The notes below the pieces were generated by a model. That model saw only the letters and a program-made list of their open reading frames with translations. It was not told the DNA's origin and did no database searches. A stretch of DNA of 35,697 bases, taken from Actinomycetales bacterium. Lineage in GTDB: Bacteria; Actinomycetota; Actinomycetes; Actinomycetales; Dermatophilaceae. Location of the stretch: positions 1 to 35,697 of the forward strand of contig JBBSNC010000001.1 in assembly GCA_038232855.1 (NCBI GenBank), written 5' to 3'. Made by a program: the position numbers and the translations under genes. This document shows, one piece after another, positions 20,075 through 29,679 of this stretch (within the stretch, counting starts at the first letter, position 1; each line of letters begins with the position of its first letter).

Positions 20075-21138
20075 GTTCGCAACCGAGGCCGGTGCTGTTC
20101 ATCGACCGAGACGGCACGCTGATCACCGAGCCCGAAGACTTCCAAATCGATGCCTTCGACAAACTAGCCCTCGTCGATGGCGTCATCCCCGCGCTGCTCC
20201 GACTGCGCGACGCCGGCTGGGACTTCGTCATGGTCAGCAATCAGGACGGTCTGGGCACGTCGTCGTTCCCCCAAGAGTCCTTTCAAGGTCCGCATGACCT
20301 GCTGATGCAGATCTTGAGCAGTCAAGGCATTGCGTTTCGGGATGTCATCATCGACGTGACCCTGCCCGAAGACAATGCACCGACCCGCAAGCCGGGAACT
20401 GCGTTGATGACCTCGCTGCTCAAAGACCGAAGCATCGACTGGGCCAACAGCGTGATGGTGGGCGACCGTGACACCGATGCGCAGTTTGCGCAGAATCTCG
20501 GCATTCGCGCTTACTTGATTGGAGACACGGATTGGCCCTCGGTCGCGCATCAACTGGTGACTCGGCCACGCACTGCCACCGTAAGGCGCGCTACCTCTGA
20601 GACCGTGATCACCGTCGGCGTGGATCTGGACCGGCCCGGCGCCAGCAGCATCCACACCGGCGTGGGCTTCTTGGATCACATGCTCGAGCAGTTGGCCAAA
20701 CACGGTGGATTCAGCATGGAGGTCACCTGCCAAGGCGATCTGCACATCGATGAGCACCACAGCGTGGAGGACATAGCCTTGGCGATCGGGGAGGCCATCC
20801 GCACCGCGCTGGGCGAAAAGCGGGGGATCGGCCGCTACGGGTTCACGCTGCCGATGGATGAAGCGCAGGCCAGCGCTGCGCTGGACTTGTCGGGGCGCCC
20901 CTTTTTCGTCTTCGAGGCCCAATTCGACCGAGAGCGCGTCGGCGATCTGCCCACCGAGATGGTCGAGCACTTCTGGCGCTCCTTCGCAGATGCCATGCGC
21001 TGCACCCTGCACTTGAGCATCTCCCCAGGCAATGCACACCACCAAATCGAGGTCGGCTTCAAAGCGGTGGCACGGGCGCTGCGGCAAGGCATCGCGGCCC
21101 AGGGCAATGACCTGCCCAGCACGAAAGGCGTTTTGTGA
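20071..21138 (+). CDS. hisB: Bifunctional histidinol-phosphatase / imidazoleglycerol-phosphate dehydratase (HisNB fusion)
   Basis: N-terminal HAD domain [23 protein letters not shown]; C-terminal [30 protein letters not shown]. Confidence 0.97.
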   Translation: MSSQPRPVLFIDRDGTLITEPEDFQIDAFDKLALVDGVIPALLRLRDAGWDFVMVSNQDGLGTSSFPQESFQGPHDLLMQILSSQGIAFRDVIIDVTLPEDNAPTRKPGTALMTSLLKDRSIDWANSVMVGDRDTDAQFAQNLGIRAYLIGDTDWPSVAHQLVTRPRTATVRRATSETVITVGVDLDRPGASSIHTGVGFLDHMLEQLAKHGGFSMEVTCQGDLHIDEHHSVEDIALAIGEAIRTALGEKRGIGRYGFTLPMDEAQASAALDLSGRPFFVFEAQFDRERVGDLPTEMVEHFWRSFADAMRCTLHLSISPGNAHHQIEVGFKAVARALRQGIAAQGNDLPSTKGVL

Positions 21139-21749
21139 GTATGCCGAGCGTGGTGCTCGTGGATTCGGGCGGCACCAATATCGCATCAGTGAGCTTTGCG
21201 CTTGAACGCCTCGGCGTGGCATCGCACCTGACCTCAGATGCGAGACAGATCGAAGCGGCGGAGCGGGTGATCCTGCCGGGAGTGGGTGCCGCCGCAGAGG
21301 GGATGGCGCGGCTGCGTGCGGCCAATCTCGTCTCGGTGCTGCGCGGTTTGGAGCAGCCCTTGCTGGGAGTATGCCTCGGCATGCAACTGCTCTTTGAGCG
21401 CAGCGAGGAAGACGGCGGCGTGCCGTGTCTAGGACTGCTGCCGGGGATCGTGCAGGCCATCTCGCCAGCCGCGGGCGTGCGCGTGCCGCACATGGGCTGG
21501 AATACTGTCGATGTCATCGAGCCAGACCCCATCGTCCGTGGAATCACCAGCGGGGATCGAGCGTACTTCGTGCACAGTTATGCAGCGCCAGTGGGCGAGC
21601 ACACCATCGCTAGCACACACCATGGGCAGGACTACTCGGCCCTCGTGCGATCTGGGAATCGCTGGGGCGCCCAATTCCACCCTGAACGCTCAGCCGTACT
21701 TGGTGCTCAGTTGCTCGCCAACTTCGTCGCCGAGGGTACCGATGGGTGA
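21135..21749 (+). CDS. hisH: Imidazole glycerol phosphate synthase, glutaminase subunit
   Basis: ILPGVG, GVCLGMQ, VPHMGWN, YFVHSY, QFHPE triad. Confidence 0.97.
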   Translation: MSMPSVVLVDSGGTNIASVSFALERLGVASHLTSDARQIEAAERVILPGVGAAAEGMARLRAANLVSVLRGLEQPLLGVCLGMQLLFERSEEDGGVPCLGLLPGIVQAISPAAGVRVPHMGWNTVDVIEPDPIVRGITSGDRAYFVHSYAAPVGEHTIASTHHGQDYSALVRSGNRWGAQFHPERSAVLGAQLLANFVAEGTDG

Positions 21750-22488
21750 TTTCACCGTCTACCCGGCCATCGACATCCGTGGCGGCCTGGTCGTGCGCTT
21801 GCATAAGGGCGACTACGACAAGGAAACGCGCTATCCAGACGACCCGGTCTCGGTGGCCAGCAACTATGCGTTGGCTGGCGCTCGTTGGTTGCACCTGGTG
21901 GACTTGGACGCCGCCCGAGCAGGTGGTTACACCCTGCTGCCGTTGGTGGAGGAGATTGCGGGCGGCACGGACCTGCAGATCCAAACTGGCGGGGGAGTGC
22001 GCACAGCCGACGACGTGCAACGGATCCTGGACGCAGGGGCATCCAGAGTCGTCATCGGCTCGATGGCGGTGAGTGAGCCAGAGACGGTATTGGGGTGGCT
22101 GGAGCGCTTCGGCCCAGACAGGCTCACGGTTGCCTTGGATACCCGCACCTCCGAGAACGGCATCTGGGAGCTGCCCGTCGCGGGGTGGACGTCAGTGGCC
22201 GAGACCGATCTGCCCACCATGGTGCATCGGTATGCATCCTCTGGCCTCAAGCACGTCCTGTGCACCGACATCGGCCGAGACGGCACGCTGTCCGGCCCGA
22301 ACCTGCACCTGTACACCTTCATGACTCGTTCCTCGCCGGGGTTGTCGGTGCAAGCCTCCGGCGGTGTGCGCGACGCCGCTGACGTGCGCAGTTGTCTCAA
22401 GACGGGCTGCTCCGGGGTGGTGCTGGGCAAATCGTTGCTCGAGGGCCGCCTCACGGTCGAAGATGCCGTTGCCCAGGAGCAGCCATGA
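21742..22488 (+). CDS. hisA: ProFAR isomerase HisA (proteobacterial type, not PriA)
   Basis: [42 protein letters not shown]. Confidence 0.95.
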   Translation: MGDFTVYPAIDIRGGLVVRLHKGDYDKETRYPDDPVSVASNYALAGARWLHLVDLDAARAGGYTLLPLVEEIAGGTDLQIQTGGGVRTADDVQRILDAGASRVVIGSMAVSEPETVLGWLERFGPDRLTVALDTRTSENGIWELPVAGWTSVAETDLPTMVHRYASSGLKHVLCTDIGRDGTLSGPNLHLYTFMTRSSPGLSVQASGGVRDAADVRSCLKTGCSGVVLGKSLLEGRLTVEDAVAQEQP

Positions 22489-23279
22489 GCGTGGCGCGCC
22501 GTATCATCCCGTGTCTCGATGTGCGCGAAGGGCGAGTGGTCAAGGGCACCCGGTTCCGTGACCACATCGACATGGGCGACATCGTGGAGTTGGCGCAGCG
22601 CTACCGGGCCCATGGCGCCGACGAACTCGTCTTCTATGACATCACCGCTAGCCCCCAAGGTCGGCGCGTCGACACCGAGTGGGTGAGCACCGTTGCCCGC
22701 GCCATCGATATACCGTTCTGCGTCGCTGGCGGCATCCAGTCAGTGGCCGATGCCCGAGCCATCCTGCACGCAGGGGCCGACAAGGTGTCCATCAACACCC
22801 CGGCGACGAAGCGGCCTGAATTGGTCACCGAGTTGGCCCAGGCCTTCGGCGTGCAATGTGTCGTCGTCGGCGTCGACAGCCTGCGCGACGACGATGGAGT
22901 GTGGCGGATCCGCCAGATGACCGGAGACCCGCAGGCCACTGCTGCGCTCAACACCACCACTCTGGACTGGGTGGCCACGGTGCAGCGCCTCGGCGCAGGA
23001 GAGGTCGTGCTGAACTGCATGGGCAGCGACGGAGTCCGGGCCGGATACGACATCGAGCAACTGTGCGCTGTGCGCGAGGTATGCAAGGTGCCGCTCATCG
23101 CGTCAGGGGGGGCCGGCGAAGCCGAGCACTTCTACCGGGTCTTCACTGAGGCCGACGTGGACGGTGCCCTGGCCGCCAGCGTGTTCCACTCCGGGGCGAT
23201 CCCCATCCCCGCGTTGAAGGCCAGCCTCGCCGACCGAGGGGTGACCATGCGTTTGTCAACCCTGTGGCCAGCAGCATGA
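22485..23279 (+). CDS. hisF: Imidazole glycerol phosphate synthase, cyclase subunit
   Basis: [46 protein letters not shown]. Confidence 0.97.
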   Translation: MSVARRIIPCLDVREGRVVKGTRFRDHIDMGDIVELAQRYRAHGADELVFYDITASPQGRRVDTEWVSTVARAIDIPFCVAGGIQSVADARAILHAGADKVSINTPATKRPELVTELAQAFGVQCVVVGVDSLRDDDGVWRIRQMTGDPQATAALNTTTLDWVATVQRLGAGEVVLNCMGSDGVRAGYDIEQLCAVREVCKVPLIASGGAGEAEHFYRVFTEADVDGALAASVFHSGAIPIPALKASLADRGVTMRLSTLWPAA

Positions 23280-23917
23280 ACAGGGATCAGGCACTCGCGC
23301 TGCCGGAGCCCTACCGGGTGGAAGACCTGGCGTTCTCCAGCACCGACGGATTACTGCCCGCAGTGGTGCAACACGCCAGCAGTGGGGGAGTGCTGATGGT
23401 GGGCTACTGCGACGCGGACGCCGTGCGAGCGATGTTGGCCAGCGGTCTGGCCACCTTCTTCAGCCGTAGCCGCAGGGAGGCGTGGGTTAAGGGTGAGACC
23501 AGCGGCAACACCTTGCGGGTGCTCCGCATCGAGGTGGATTGCGACGCCGACACCCTCTTGCTGCACTGCATACCGGCCGGTCCGACCTGTCACACCGGAT
23601 CGACGTCTTGCTTCAGCGACTCACCCACCGACTACTCATCCTCGTTCGTGCACCGCCTCGATGACGTGGTTCGGACGCGGGCCGTAGAGCGGCCTGAGGG
23701 CTCGTACACTACGTCGTTGTTCGAGGCCGGTGTGCGGCGGATCGCGCAGAAGGTGGGCGAAGAAGGCGTCGAGACCGCGCTCGCGGCCGTGGCCCAGGAT
23801 GATCCTGCCCTGCTCAGTGAATCTGCCGACCTCCTCTACCACCTCCTGGTGTTGCTCCGGAGCAAAGGCCTGAGTTTCGATGAGGTCGAGTCAGTGCTGG
23901 CTGCCCGGCACGGCTGA
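23276..23917 (+). CDS. hisIE: Bifunctional PR-AMP cyclohydrolase / PR-ATP pyrophosphatase
   Basis: [27 protein letters not shown] (HisI) fused to [24 protein letters not shown] (HisE). Confidence 0.97.
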   Translation: MNRDQALALPEPYRVEDLAFSSTDGLLPAVVQHASSGGVLMVGYCDADAVRAMLASGLATFFSRSRREAWVKGETSGNTLRVLRIEVDCDADTLLLHCIPAGPTCHTGSTSCFSDSPTDYSSSFVHRLDDVVRTRAVERPEGSYTTSLFEAGVRRIAQKVGEEGVETALAAVAQDDPALLSESADLLYHLLVLLRSKGLSFDEVESVLAARHG

Positions 23918-24541
23918 GCCGAGTGAGTTCGGCAACGCTGATGCCGGTCGCAACCCCGCATCACGTAGTTCCATGCTGGCCAGCGCAGCAATCACGTCGG
24001 GGTCGCCGTCCCGCCATTTGCCCAGCGGATCGGCAGTGATCGCGGACAGTTCGCGGGTGGAGCGACGGGTCAGGGCCCGCAGCGCCAACAAAGACTGCAA
24101 CTCGGGCCGATCTCGGTATGCCGCCACCGACGAGACCGCGCGGATGGCATGAATGCGCCACCACAGGTAGGCGCCGAGCACCAGCACAATCGGGGTGCCG
24201 GCGGTGAGCACGCTGAGCCACAGCGCAGCCGAGTCGACTGAGGATTGAAGTTCATCGGCAGCGGCGGTCAGGTTGCCGCCGACCGAGGCAGTCCCGGCAA
24301 ACGGCCCTTGCAGGTCCTCACCGACCAGCGGCACGCCGCCCACCTTGTCGGCCACATCAAGCATTCGCGCCTGCAACGAATCTCCGGCGATACGCATCGG
24401 CCCCGCTGGCTTGCTCAAGGCAGAGACCAGGTCGTGCACGAAACCGGCGATGGCCACCCACATCACCACCCAAGCCACAACGAGCAGATCGGCGCTGACT
24501 TCTTTTGCGCGCCTGATTGGCGTCTCGGCATACCAGTGCAT
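23891..24541 (-). CDS. Actinobacterial-type hypothetical membrane protein, 2 TM (start 24541 or 24553)
   Basis: MHWYAETPIRR...ADLLVVAWVVMW, a loop containing GGVPLVGEDL, a second TM segment, then LLALRAL...DPLGKWRDGD...LASMELRDAGL. Confidence 0.75.
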   Translation of the reverse strand: MHWYAETPIRRAKEVSADLLVVAWVVMWVAIAGFVHDLVSALSKPAGPMRIAGDSLQARMLDVADKVGGVPLVGEDLQGPFAGTASVGGNLTAAADELQSSVDSAALWLSVLTAGTPIVLVLGAYLWWRIHAIRAVSSVAAYRDRPELQSLLALRALTRRSTRELSAITADPLGKWRDGDPDVIAALASMELRDAGLRPASALPNSLGSAVPGSQH

Positions 24542-24600
24542 GTGGTTCATCATGGCCGTTGCTGGGCCTGAACCGTGCCCCCATGCCGCAGACTGTCGGG

Positions 24601-25542
24601 GTGAGTGATGCCGAATTGCAGTGCGCGGCCCGTCGGTGGCTTGATCACCTGGCGATCGAGCGTGGACTCTCGGATCACACGCTGGCGGCGTATCGAACCG
24701 ACACGGATCGATACCTGCACTTCCTCGCCGAGCGGGGAGTGCGCCAGATCTCGCACATCGAGGCCCACACCATCACCGCGTTCGCGGCCGCACTGCAGAA
24801 CGGAGAGGGCACGCATCCCCCCTTGGCGCCGAGTTCGGCGGCCAGAGCCATGGTGGCGGTGCGCAGCCTGCACCGGTTCTGGGCAGACGAGGGTGACGCA
24901 ACCTTCGACCCGACAGAGGCTGTGGCACCGTCAGCGCCCGGCCGCAGGCTGCCCAAGGCGCTGGGCGTGGCAGAGGTCGAAGCGGTGCTGCGGGCCGCCT
25001 CCATCGCAGACACTCCGTCAGCCCTGCGAGACCGTGCGTTGCTCGAGGTCCTCTACGGCTGTGGTGCGCGGGTGAGCGAGGCCGTGGGTCTGGATCTAGA
25101 CGATCTCGATCTCAGCCAGGGTGATGCGGTGCTGGCCAGCCTGCGGCTCTTCGGCAAGGGCAGCAAAACTCGGGTCGTGCCGATCGGGTCGTATGCCGTG
25201 CAGGCGCTTCAGGCCTACCTCGTCCGGGCACGGCCGGTGCTGGCAGCGCGCGGAACTCCACACCGCGCGGTGTTCTTGAATCGACTGGGGGGACGCCTGA
25301 GCAGACAGAGTGCGTTCACTGCGATCCGGTCTGCGGCCGGGCGAGCTGGCCTGCACCAAGCCATCAGCCCACATACCCTGCGGCACTCCTTCGCAACCCA
25401 CTTGCTCAACGGCGGCGCCGATATCCGCGTGGTCCAGGAGCTACTGGGGCACGCCTCAGTCACCACGACGCAGATCTACACGCACGTCTCCACCGACCAC
25501 CTGCGCGAGGTGTATGCCGCCGCGCATCCGAGGGCAAGGTAG
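24601..25542 (+). CDS. xerD: Site-specific tyrosine recombinase XerD
   Basis: ERGLSDHTLAAYR; catalytic R (GARVSE), K (GKGSK), HTLRH, LGH and Y (TQIYTH). Upstream of parA-scpAB; CAGACT -10 lies 6 nt before the GTG. Confidence 0.93.
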   Translation: MSDAELQCAARRWLDHLAIERGLSDHTLAAYRTDTDRYLHFLAERGVRQISHIEAHTITAFAAALQNGEGTHPPLAPSSAARAMVAVRSLHRFWADEGDATFDPTEAVAPSAPGRRLPKALGVAEVEAVLRAASIADTPSALRDRALLEVLYGCGARVSEAVGLDLDDLDLSQGDAVLASLRLFGKGSKTRVVPIGSYAVQALQAYLVRARPVLAARGTPHRAVFLNRLGGRLSRQSAFTAIRSAAGRAGLHQAISPHTLRHSFATHLLNGGADIRVVQELLGHASVTTTQIYTHVSTDHLREVYAAAHPRAR

Positions 25543-25619
25543 CCCACAGGTCCTTCGGCGGCTAGGGTCGGATCGGTCGGCGGGAGGCCGAACTCAACAC
25601 CGACAGGGCTGAGAATCAC

Positions 25620-26549
25620 GTGACATCCGAGGCGAGCGCCGCACAGCGGGCCACCCCCGCCCCAGCAGAGCACGACCGGCTCCCCGGGACGGACTCGGCC
25701 GGGTCAGGTCAAGAGGGGCCGACCGGGCGCGTGTTGCCAGACTTCGGCACGCCCGCGCCCCTGCAATCGCACGGCCCGGCACGTGTGATCGCGATGTGCA
25801 CTCAAAAGGGTGGCGTCGGCAAGACGACCACGACGATCAACCTCGGCGCGGCCCTGGCCGAATGCGGACGCCGAGTGCTGTTGGTCGACTTTGATCCCCA
25901 GGGCGCACTGTCCGTGGGCTTAGGCATCCGTACCCATGAGCTCGATGTCACCATCTACAACCTGCTCGTCGAGCGGGGGCACGTCATTAACGATGTCATT
26001 CAGCACACTAAGGTGACCGGTTTGGATGTTGTGCCGGCCAACATCGACCTCTCGGCCGCTGAAGTGCAACTCGTCGGAGAGGTGGCTCGGGAGCAAGTGC
26101 TCTCACGAGTGCTCCGCCCGGTCCTGGACGACTATGACGTCGTGCTCATCGACTGCCAACCCTCCCTTGGCCTCCTCACGGTCAACGCCCTGACCGCAGC
26201 GCACGGCGTGATGATTCCCTTGGAGTGCGAGTTCTTCGCCATGCGCGGAGTTGCGCTGCTGATCGAAACGATCGAGAAGATAACCGACCGGCTCAATCCT
26301 GGGCTCGAGCTCGACGGCATCCTGGCAACAATGTACGACGGACGCACGTTGCACTCGCGCGAGGTTGTGCGCAGTGTGGTCGACCACTTCCAGGACCGTG
26401 TCTTTCACACGGTGATCTCACGCACGGTGAAGTTCCCGGACGCGACCTTGGCGGCCGAACCGATCACCAGCTATGCCAGCACGCACAGCGGCGCGGAAGC
26501 GTATCGGCAACTCGCCCGCGAGCTGATCTCCCGCGGTGGGTCCCCCTGA
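25620..26549 (+). CDS. ParA/Soj family ATPase (Rv1708-like orphan ParA)
   Basis: QKGGVGKTTT, DFDPQG, IDCQPSLGLLTVNAL; xerD-parA-scpA context. Confidence 0.93.
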   Translation: MTSEASAAQRATPAPAEHDRLPGTDSAGSGQEGPTGRVLPDFGTPAPLQSHGPARVIAMCTQKGGVGKTTTTINLGAALAECGRRVLLVDFDPQGALSVGLGIRTHELDVTIYNLLVERGHVINDVIQHTKVTGLDVVPANIDLSAAEVQLVGEVAREQVLSRVLRPVLDDYDVVLIDCQPSLGLLTVNALTAAHGVMIPLECEFFAMRGVALLIETIEKITDRLNPGLELDGILATMYDGRTLHSREVVRSVVDHFQDRVFHTVISRTVKFPDATLAAEPITSYASTHSGAEAYRQLARELISRGGSP

Positions 26550-26551
26550 CG

Positions 26552-27460
26552 TTGGGCCACGCCAAGAGCCCGCCCACCCACGACGAGCAGCAGGTGCCCG
26601 GCGGTGTGTTGACCCGTCGTGCTGCGCCCTTCCAAGTGCACCTCGATGTGTTCTCTGGGCCGTTTGAGTTGCTTCTAGGGCTGATCTCAAAACACAAACT
26701 CGATGTCACCGAGATCGCATTGGCGCAGGTGACCGACGAGTTTGTGAACTACCTTCGCGCTGCTCAGCGGGAAGAGGGCCTTTCCTGGGACCTTTCGCAG
26801 GCCTCGGAGTTCGTCCTCATCGCCGCGACATTGTTGGACTTGAAGGCTTCCCGTCTGCTGCCCCGCACAGGCGAAGAAGACGAAGAAGATCTGGAACTCA
26901 TCGAGGCCCGCGACCTGCTGTTCGCCCGGCTGCTGCAATACCGCGCCTTCAAAGACGTCGCCGCACAATTTCTGGAGCGGATGTCGAATCAGGGCCGCAT
27001 CTGGCCGCGCGAGGTCGGGATCGAGGAGCGCTTCGCCAGGCTACTGCCAGAGCTCGTGATGAACGTCAGTCCAGAGCAGTTGGCCCTGGCCGCAGCTCAC
27101 GCGTTGACACCCACCCCAGAGCCGACGGTCGGGCTAGCGCACCTGCATACCCCCACGGTTTCGGTCAGCGAGCAAGCGGCGATCTTGCTGGCCCGTCTGC
27201 AAACTCTCGGCCGGGCCACGTTCGAGGATGTCATCGCGGACGCCGACTCGCGGACAGTGGTGGTTGCCCGATTCTTGGCTGTGCTTGAACTCTTCCGCGA
27301 CGGCGTGCTCGAGTTGGACCAGAGCGAACCGATGGCCCAGTTGTCGCTGCGCTGGGTGCCGCCGACCCTCAACTCGCCTAGCGAGCCAGGTTTGGCCGCT
27401 CGGGTGAGCGAATTCGACGAAGCCGATGATGTCAGCCAAGGGAGCGCCAGCCGTGAGTGA
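26552..27460 (+). CDS. scpA: Segregation/condensation protein A (start uncertain)
   Basis: FQVHLDVFSGPFELLLGLI, ASEFVLIAATLLDLKA, LLQYRAFK, VVARFLAVLELFR. Confidence 0.92.
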   Translation: MGHAKSPPTHDEQQVPGGVLTRRAAPFQVHLDVFSGPFELLLGLISKHKLDVTEIALAQVTDEFVNYLRAAQREEGLSWDLSQASEFVLIAATLLDLKASRLLPRTGEEDEEDLELIEARDLLFARLLQYRAFKDVAAQFLERMSNQGRIWPREVGIEERFARLLPELVMNVSPEQLALAAAHALTPTPEPTVGLAHLHTPTVSVSEQAAILLARLQTLGRATFEDVIADADSRTVVVARFLAVLELFRDGVLELDQSEPMAQLSLRWVPPTLNSPSEPGLAARVSEFDEADDVSQGSASRE

Positions 27461-28058
27461 GACCGAGGAGGCCGCAGCGGATGTGGCATGTGTGGTAGCC
27501 GGTCTTCCTGGGGGCTTGCGAGCCGCACTGGAGGCGATCTTGATGGTGGTCGATGAGCCAGTCCCCGAACACGTCTTAGCCGCCGCGCTGGAAGTGCCTG
27601 CACCCGAGGTCGAGCAGATGTTGCACCAGATGAGCAACGAATATGACGACACCGAGCGTGGGTTCATGCTGCGCCGGTTCGCCGGGGGTTGGCGGATCTA
27701 CTCTCGCGCTGAATGTGCACCAGCGGTCGAGCGCTTTCTGCTCGGCGGAGCCCACGCGCGGCTCAGCGCGGCGGCTTTGGAAACGTTGGCCGTGATCGCC
27801 TACCGGCAGCCCATCTCGCGCAGCCGGATCAGCGCCGTGCGTGGGGTCAGCGTCGATGGCGTTGTGCGCACCCTGCTGGCCCGTGGGCTGATCACTGAGA
27901 TGGCAGCCGATGGCCCGACCAGTGCCATGCTGTATGGCACAACGGACCTGTTCTTGCAGCGCCTGGGCCTCAACAGCCTCGATGAACTGCCCGCGCTTGC
28001 CCCATACCTCCCCTCCAGCGATGTGCTGGATGAACTCGCAGCAGAAGGACTCGGATGA
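27453..28058 (+). CDS. scpB: Segregation/condensation protein B
   Basis: ALEAILMVVDEP, RLSAAALETLAVIAYRQP, YGTTDLFLQRLGL, ELPALAP. Confidence 0.95.
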   Translation: MSETEEAAADVACVVAGLPGGLRAALEAILMVVDEPVPEHVLAAALEVPAPEVEQMLHQMSNEYDDTERGFMLRRFAGGWRIYSRAECAPAVERFLLGGAHARLSAAALETLAVIAYRQPISRSRISAVRGVSVDGVVRTLLARGLITEMAADGPTSAMLYGTTDLFLQRLGLNSLDELPALAPYLPSSDVLDELAAEGLG

Positions 28059-28061
28059 GCC

Positions 28062-28919
28062 ATGAGCCCACGACACGAACCTCCGAAGAAGACCCGGTCA
28101 GGCTTCAGAGATGACCGCGGGCGTTCCGCCGCCAAAAGCGGGGCAAAGAAGTCTGCCGGAAAGCCAGCCGCACAGCGCGTCGATGTGCACCAGGCAGGCG
28201 GGGTACGCCTGCAGAAGGTGCTTGCTGCAGCTGGCTGGGGGAGCAGGCGCGCGTGTGAGAACTTGATCACGGCGGGCCGCGTCCAGGTGGATGAAACGAT
28301 CGTCACCGAGCTCGGCGTGCGAGTGGACGTGGCTCGACAGGTGATCCATGTCGACGGCACCAAGGTCGTCGTCGACGACACGATGGTCTATCTGGCCTTC
28401 AACAAACCGCTGGGCGTGGTGTCCACGATGAGTGATGAACGTGGCCGGCCCTCACTCGCCGACTACATCGGGGAACGCAACGAACGGTTGTTTCACGTCG
28501 GGCGCCTGGATGCAGAGACGGAGGGTTTGCTGCTGCTGACTAATGACGGCGACCTGGCACACCGACTGCAGCACCCCTCGTATGAGGTGCCGAAGACGTA
28601 TGTCGCCCAGGTCCCTGGACCGGTGGCACGTGACATCGGTAAGCGGTTGCGTGCCGGGGTCGAATTGGAAGACGGCAAGGTCTCCGTCGACAGCTTTCGG
28701 ATCATCGACTCCCTGCCCGGAAAGGCGATCGTCGAGGTCATCCTGCACGAAGGCAAAAAACACGTCGTGCGACGGATCCTGGACGAGGTGGGCCACCCCG
28801 TTCTCGCCCTGGCCAGAGTGCAGGTCGGGTCGGTGCGACTCGGCGACATCAAACCCGGCCGGTGGCGAGCCTTGACCCGCGAAGAAGTAGGCGGGCTGCA
28901 CCGCGCCGCCGGACTCTGA
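28062..28919 (+). CDS. rluB: rRNA pseudouridine synthase (RluB/RsuA family)
   Basis: S4 domain RLQKVLAAAG.GSRR; catalytic VGRLD.ETEGLLLLTNDG. Confidence 0.92.
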   Translation: MSPRHEPPKKTRSGFRDDRGRSAAKSGAKKSAGKPAAQRVDVHQAGGVRLQKVLAAAGWGSRRACENLITAGRVQVDETIVTELGVRVDVARQVIHVDGTKVVVDDTMVYLAFNKPLGVVSTMSDERGRPSLADYIGERNERLFHVGRLDAETEGLLLLTNDGDLAHRLQHPSYEVPKTYVAQVPGPVARDIGKRLRAGVELEDGKVSVDSFRIIDSLPGKAIVEVILHEGKKHVVRRILDEVGHPVLALARVQVGSVRLGDIKPGRWRALTREEVGGLHRAAGL

Positions 28920-28971
28920 GCGGGAGCGAGAGCCGGTCAGATCGGTGTGACCGCAGCGTTAGGCTGGGCAG

Positions 28972-29679
28972 ATGTCCGGATCTGCCATCACCATTGCTAT
29001 CGACGGGCCTAGCGGATCAGGAAAGTCCAGCGTTTCGCGGGAAGTCGCTTCGCGTCTTGAGATGGACTATCTCGACACGGGGGCAATGTTCCGGGCGCTG
29101 ACGTGGTGGTGTCTGCAGCGCCGAATCGATCTCAGCGACCAGCTTGCCGTCGCTGAAGCTGCCGCCGAACTGCCATTGCGGATGGGCATCGACCCGCACG
29201 AGCCACAGACGGTCGTCGGTGAGGAGGCCGTCGATGAGGCAATCCGCACACCCGAGATCAGCTCTCAGGTGTCGGCTGTCGCGACCAACATGGCCGTGCG
29301 ATCGCACTTGGCGCAGATGCAACGACAGATCATCGCCGATTCGCGACAGCTCGGGACCGGCATCGTTGTCGAGGGCCGAGACATCACCACGGTGATCGCT
29401 CCCGAGGCCGAGCACCGCATCCTGCTCAACGCCACCGAGGAAGCCCGGTTGCGCCGCCGCGGTTCTGAACTCGCCGCCAGCGGAGCAACCCAGAAGGAGT
29501 CGCAAGTGCGCGATCAGGTGCTCCGCCGCGACCGTGACGACGCGTCGGTCTCCAACTTCATGACACCCGCGCCCGGAGTGCACGGAATCGATACCTCGCC
29601 GCTGACGTTCGAGCAGTCCGTAGCGGCCGTGCTTGATGCAGTCGCCAGCCACCCACCGACCCAGCCAGAAGGATCCTGA
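28972..29679 (+). CDS. cmk: Cytidylate kinase
   Basis: [34 protein letters not shown]; TAGGCT -10 lies 6 nt before the ATG. Confidence 0.96.
   Translation: MSGSAITIAIDGPSGSGKSSVSREVASRLEMDYLDTGAMFRALTWWCLQRRIDLSDQLAVAEAAAELPLRMGIDPHEPQTVVGEEAVDEAIRTPEISSQVSAVATNMAVRSHLAQMQRQIIADSRQLGTGIVVEGRDITTVIAPEAEHRILLNATEEARLRRRGSELAASGATQKESQVRDQVLRRDRDDASVSNFMTPAPGVHGIDTSPLTFEQSVAAVLDAVASHPPTQPEGS

Noticed and set aside
16663-21222. Long minus-strand ORFs (16663-17574, 20164-21222) opposite his genes
   Set aside because: Typical high-GC antisense shadows with no recognisable motifs.
14831-23917. Compositional (GC) evidence for transfer of the his block
   Set aside because: By eye the block is as GC-rich as its flanks, and the proposed donor is also high-GC, so composition is uninformative without computation.
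24601-25542. Tyrosine recombinase as the integrase of the his block
   Set aside because: Sequence and xerD-parA-scpAB context identify housekeeping XerD; no att repeats seen.
25620-26549. ParA as a plasmid or ICE marker
   Set aside because: It is the conserved chromosomal orphan ParA preceding scpAB; no parB or rep gene nearby.
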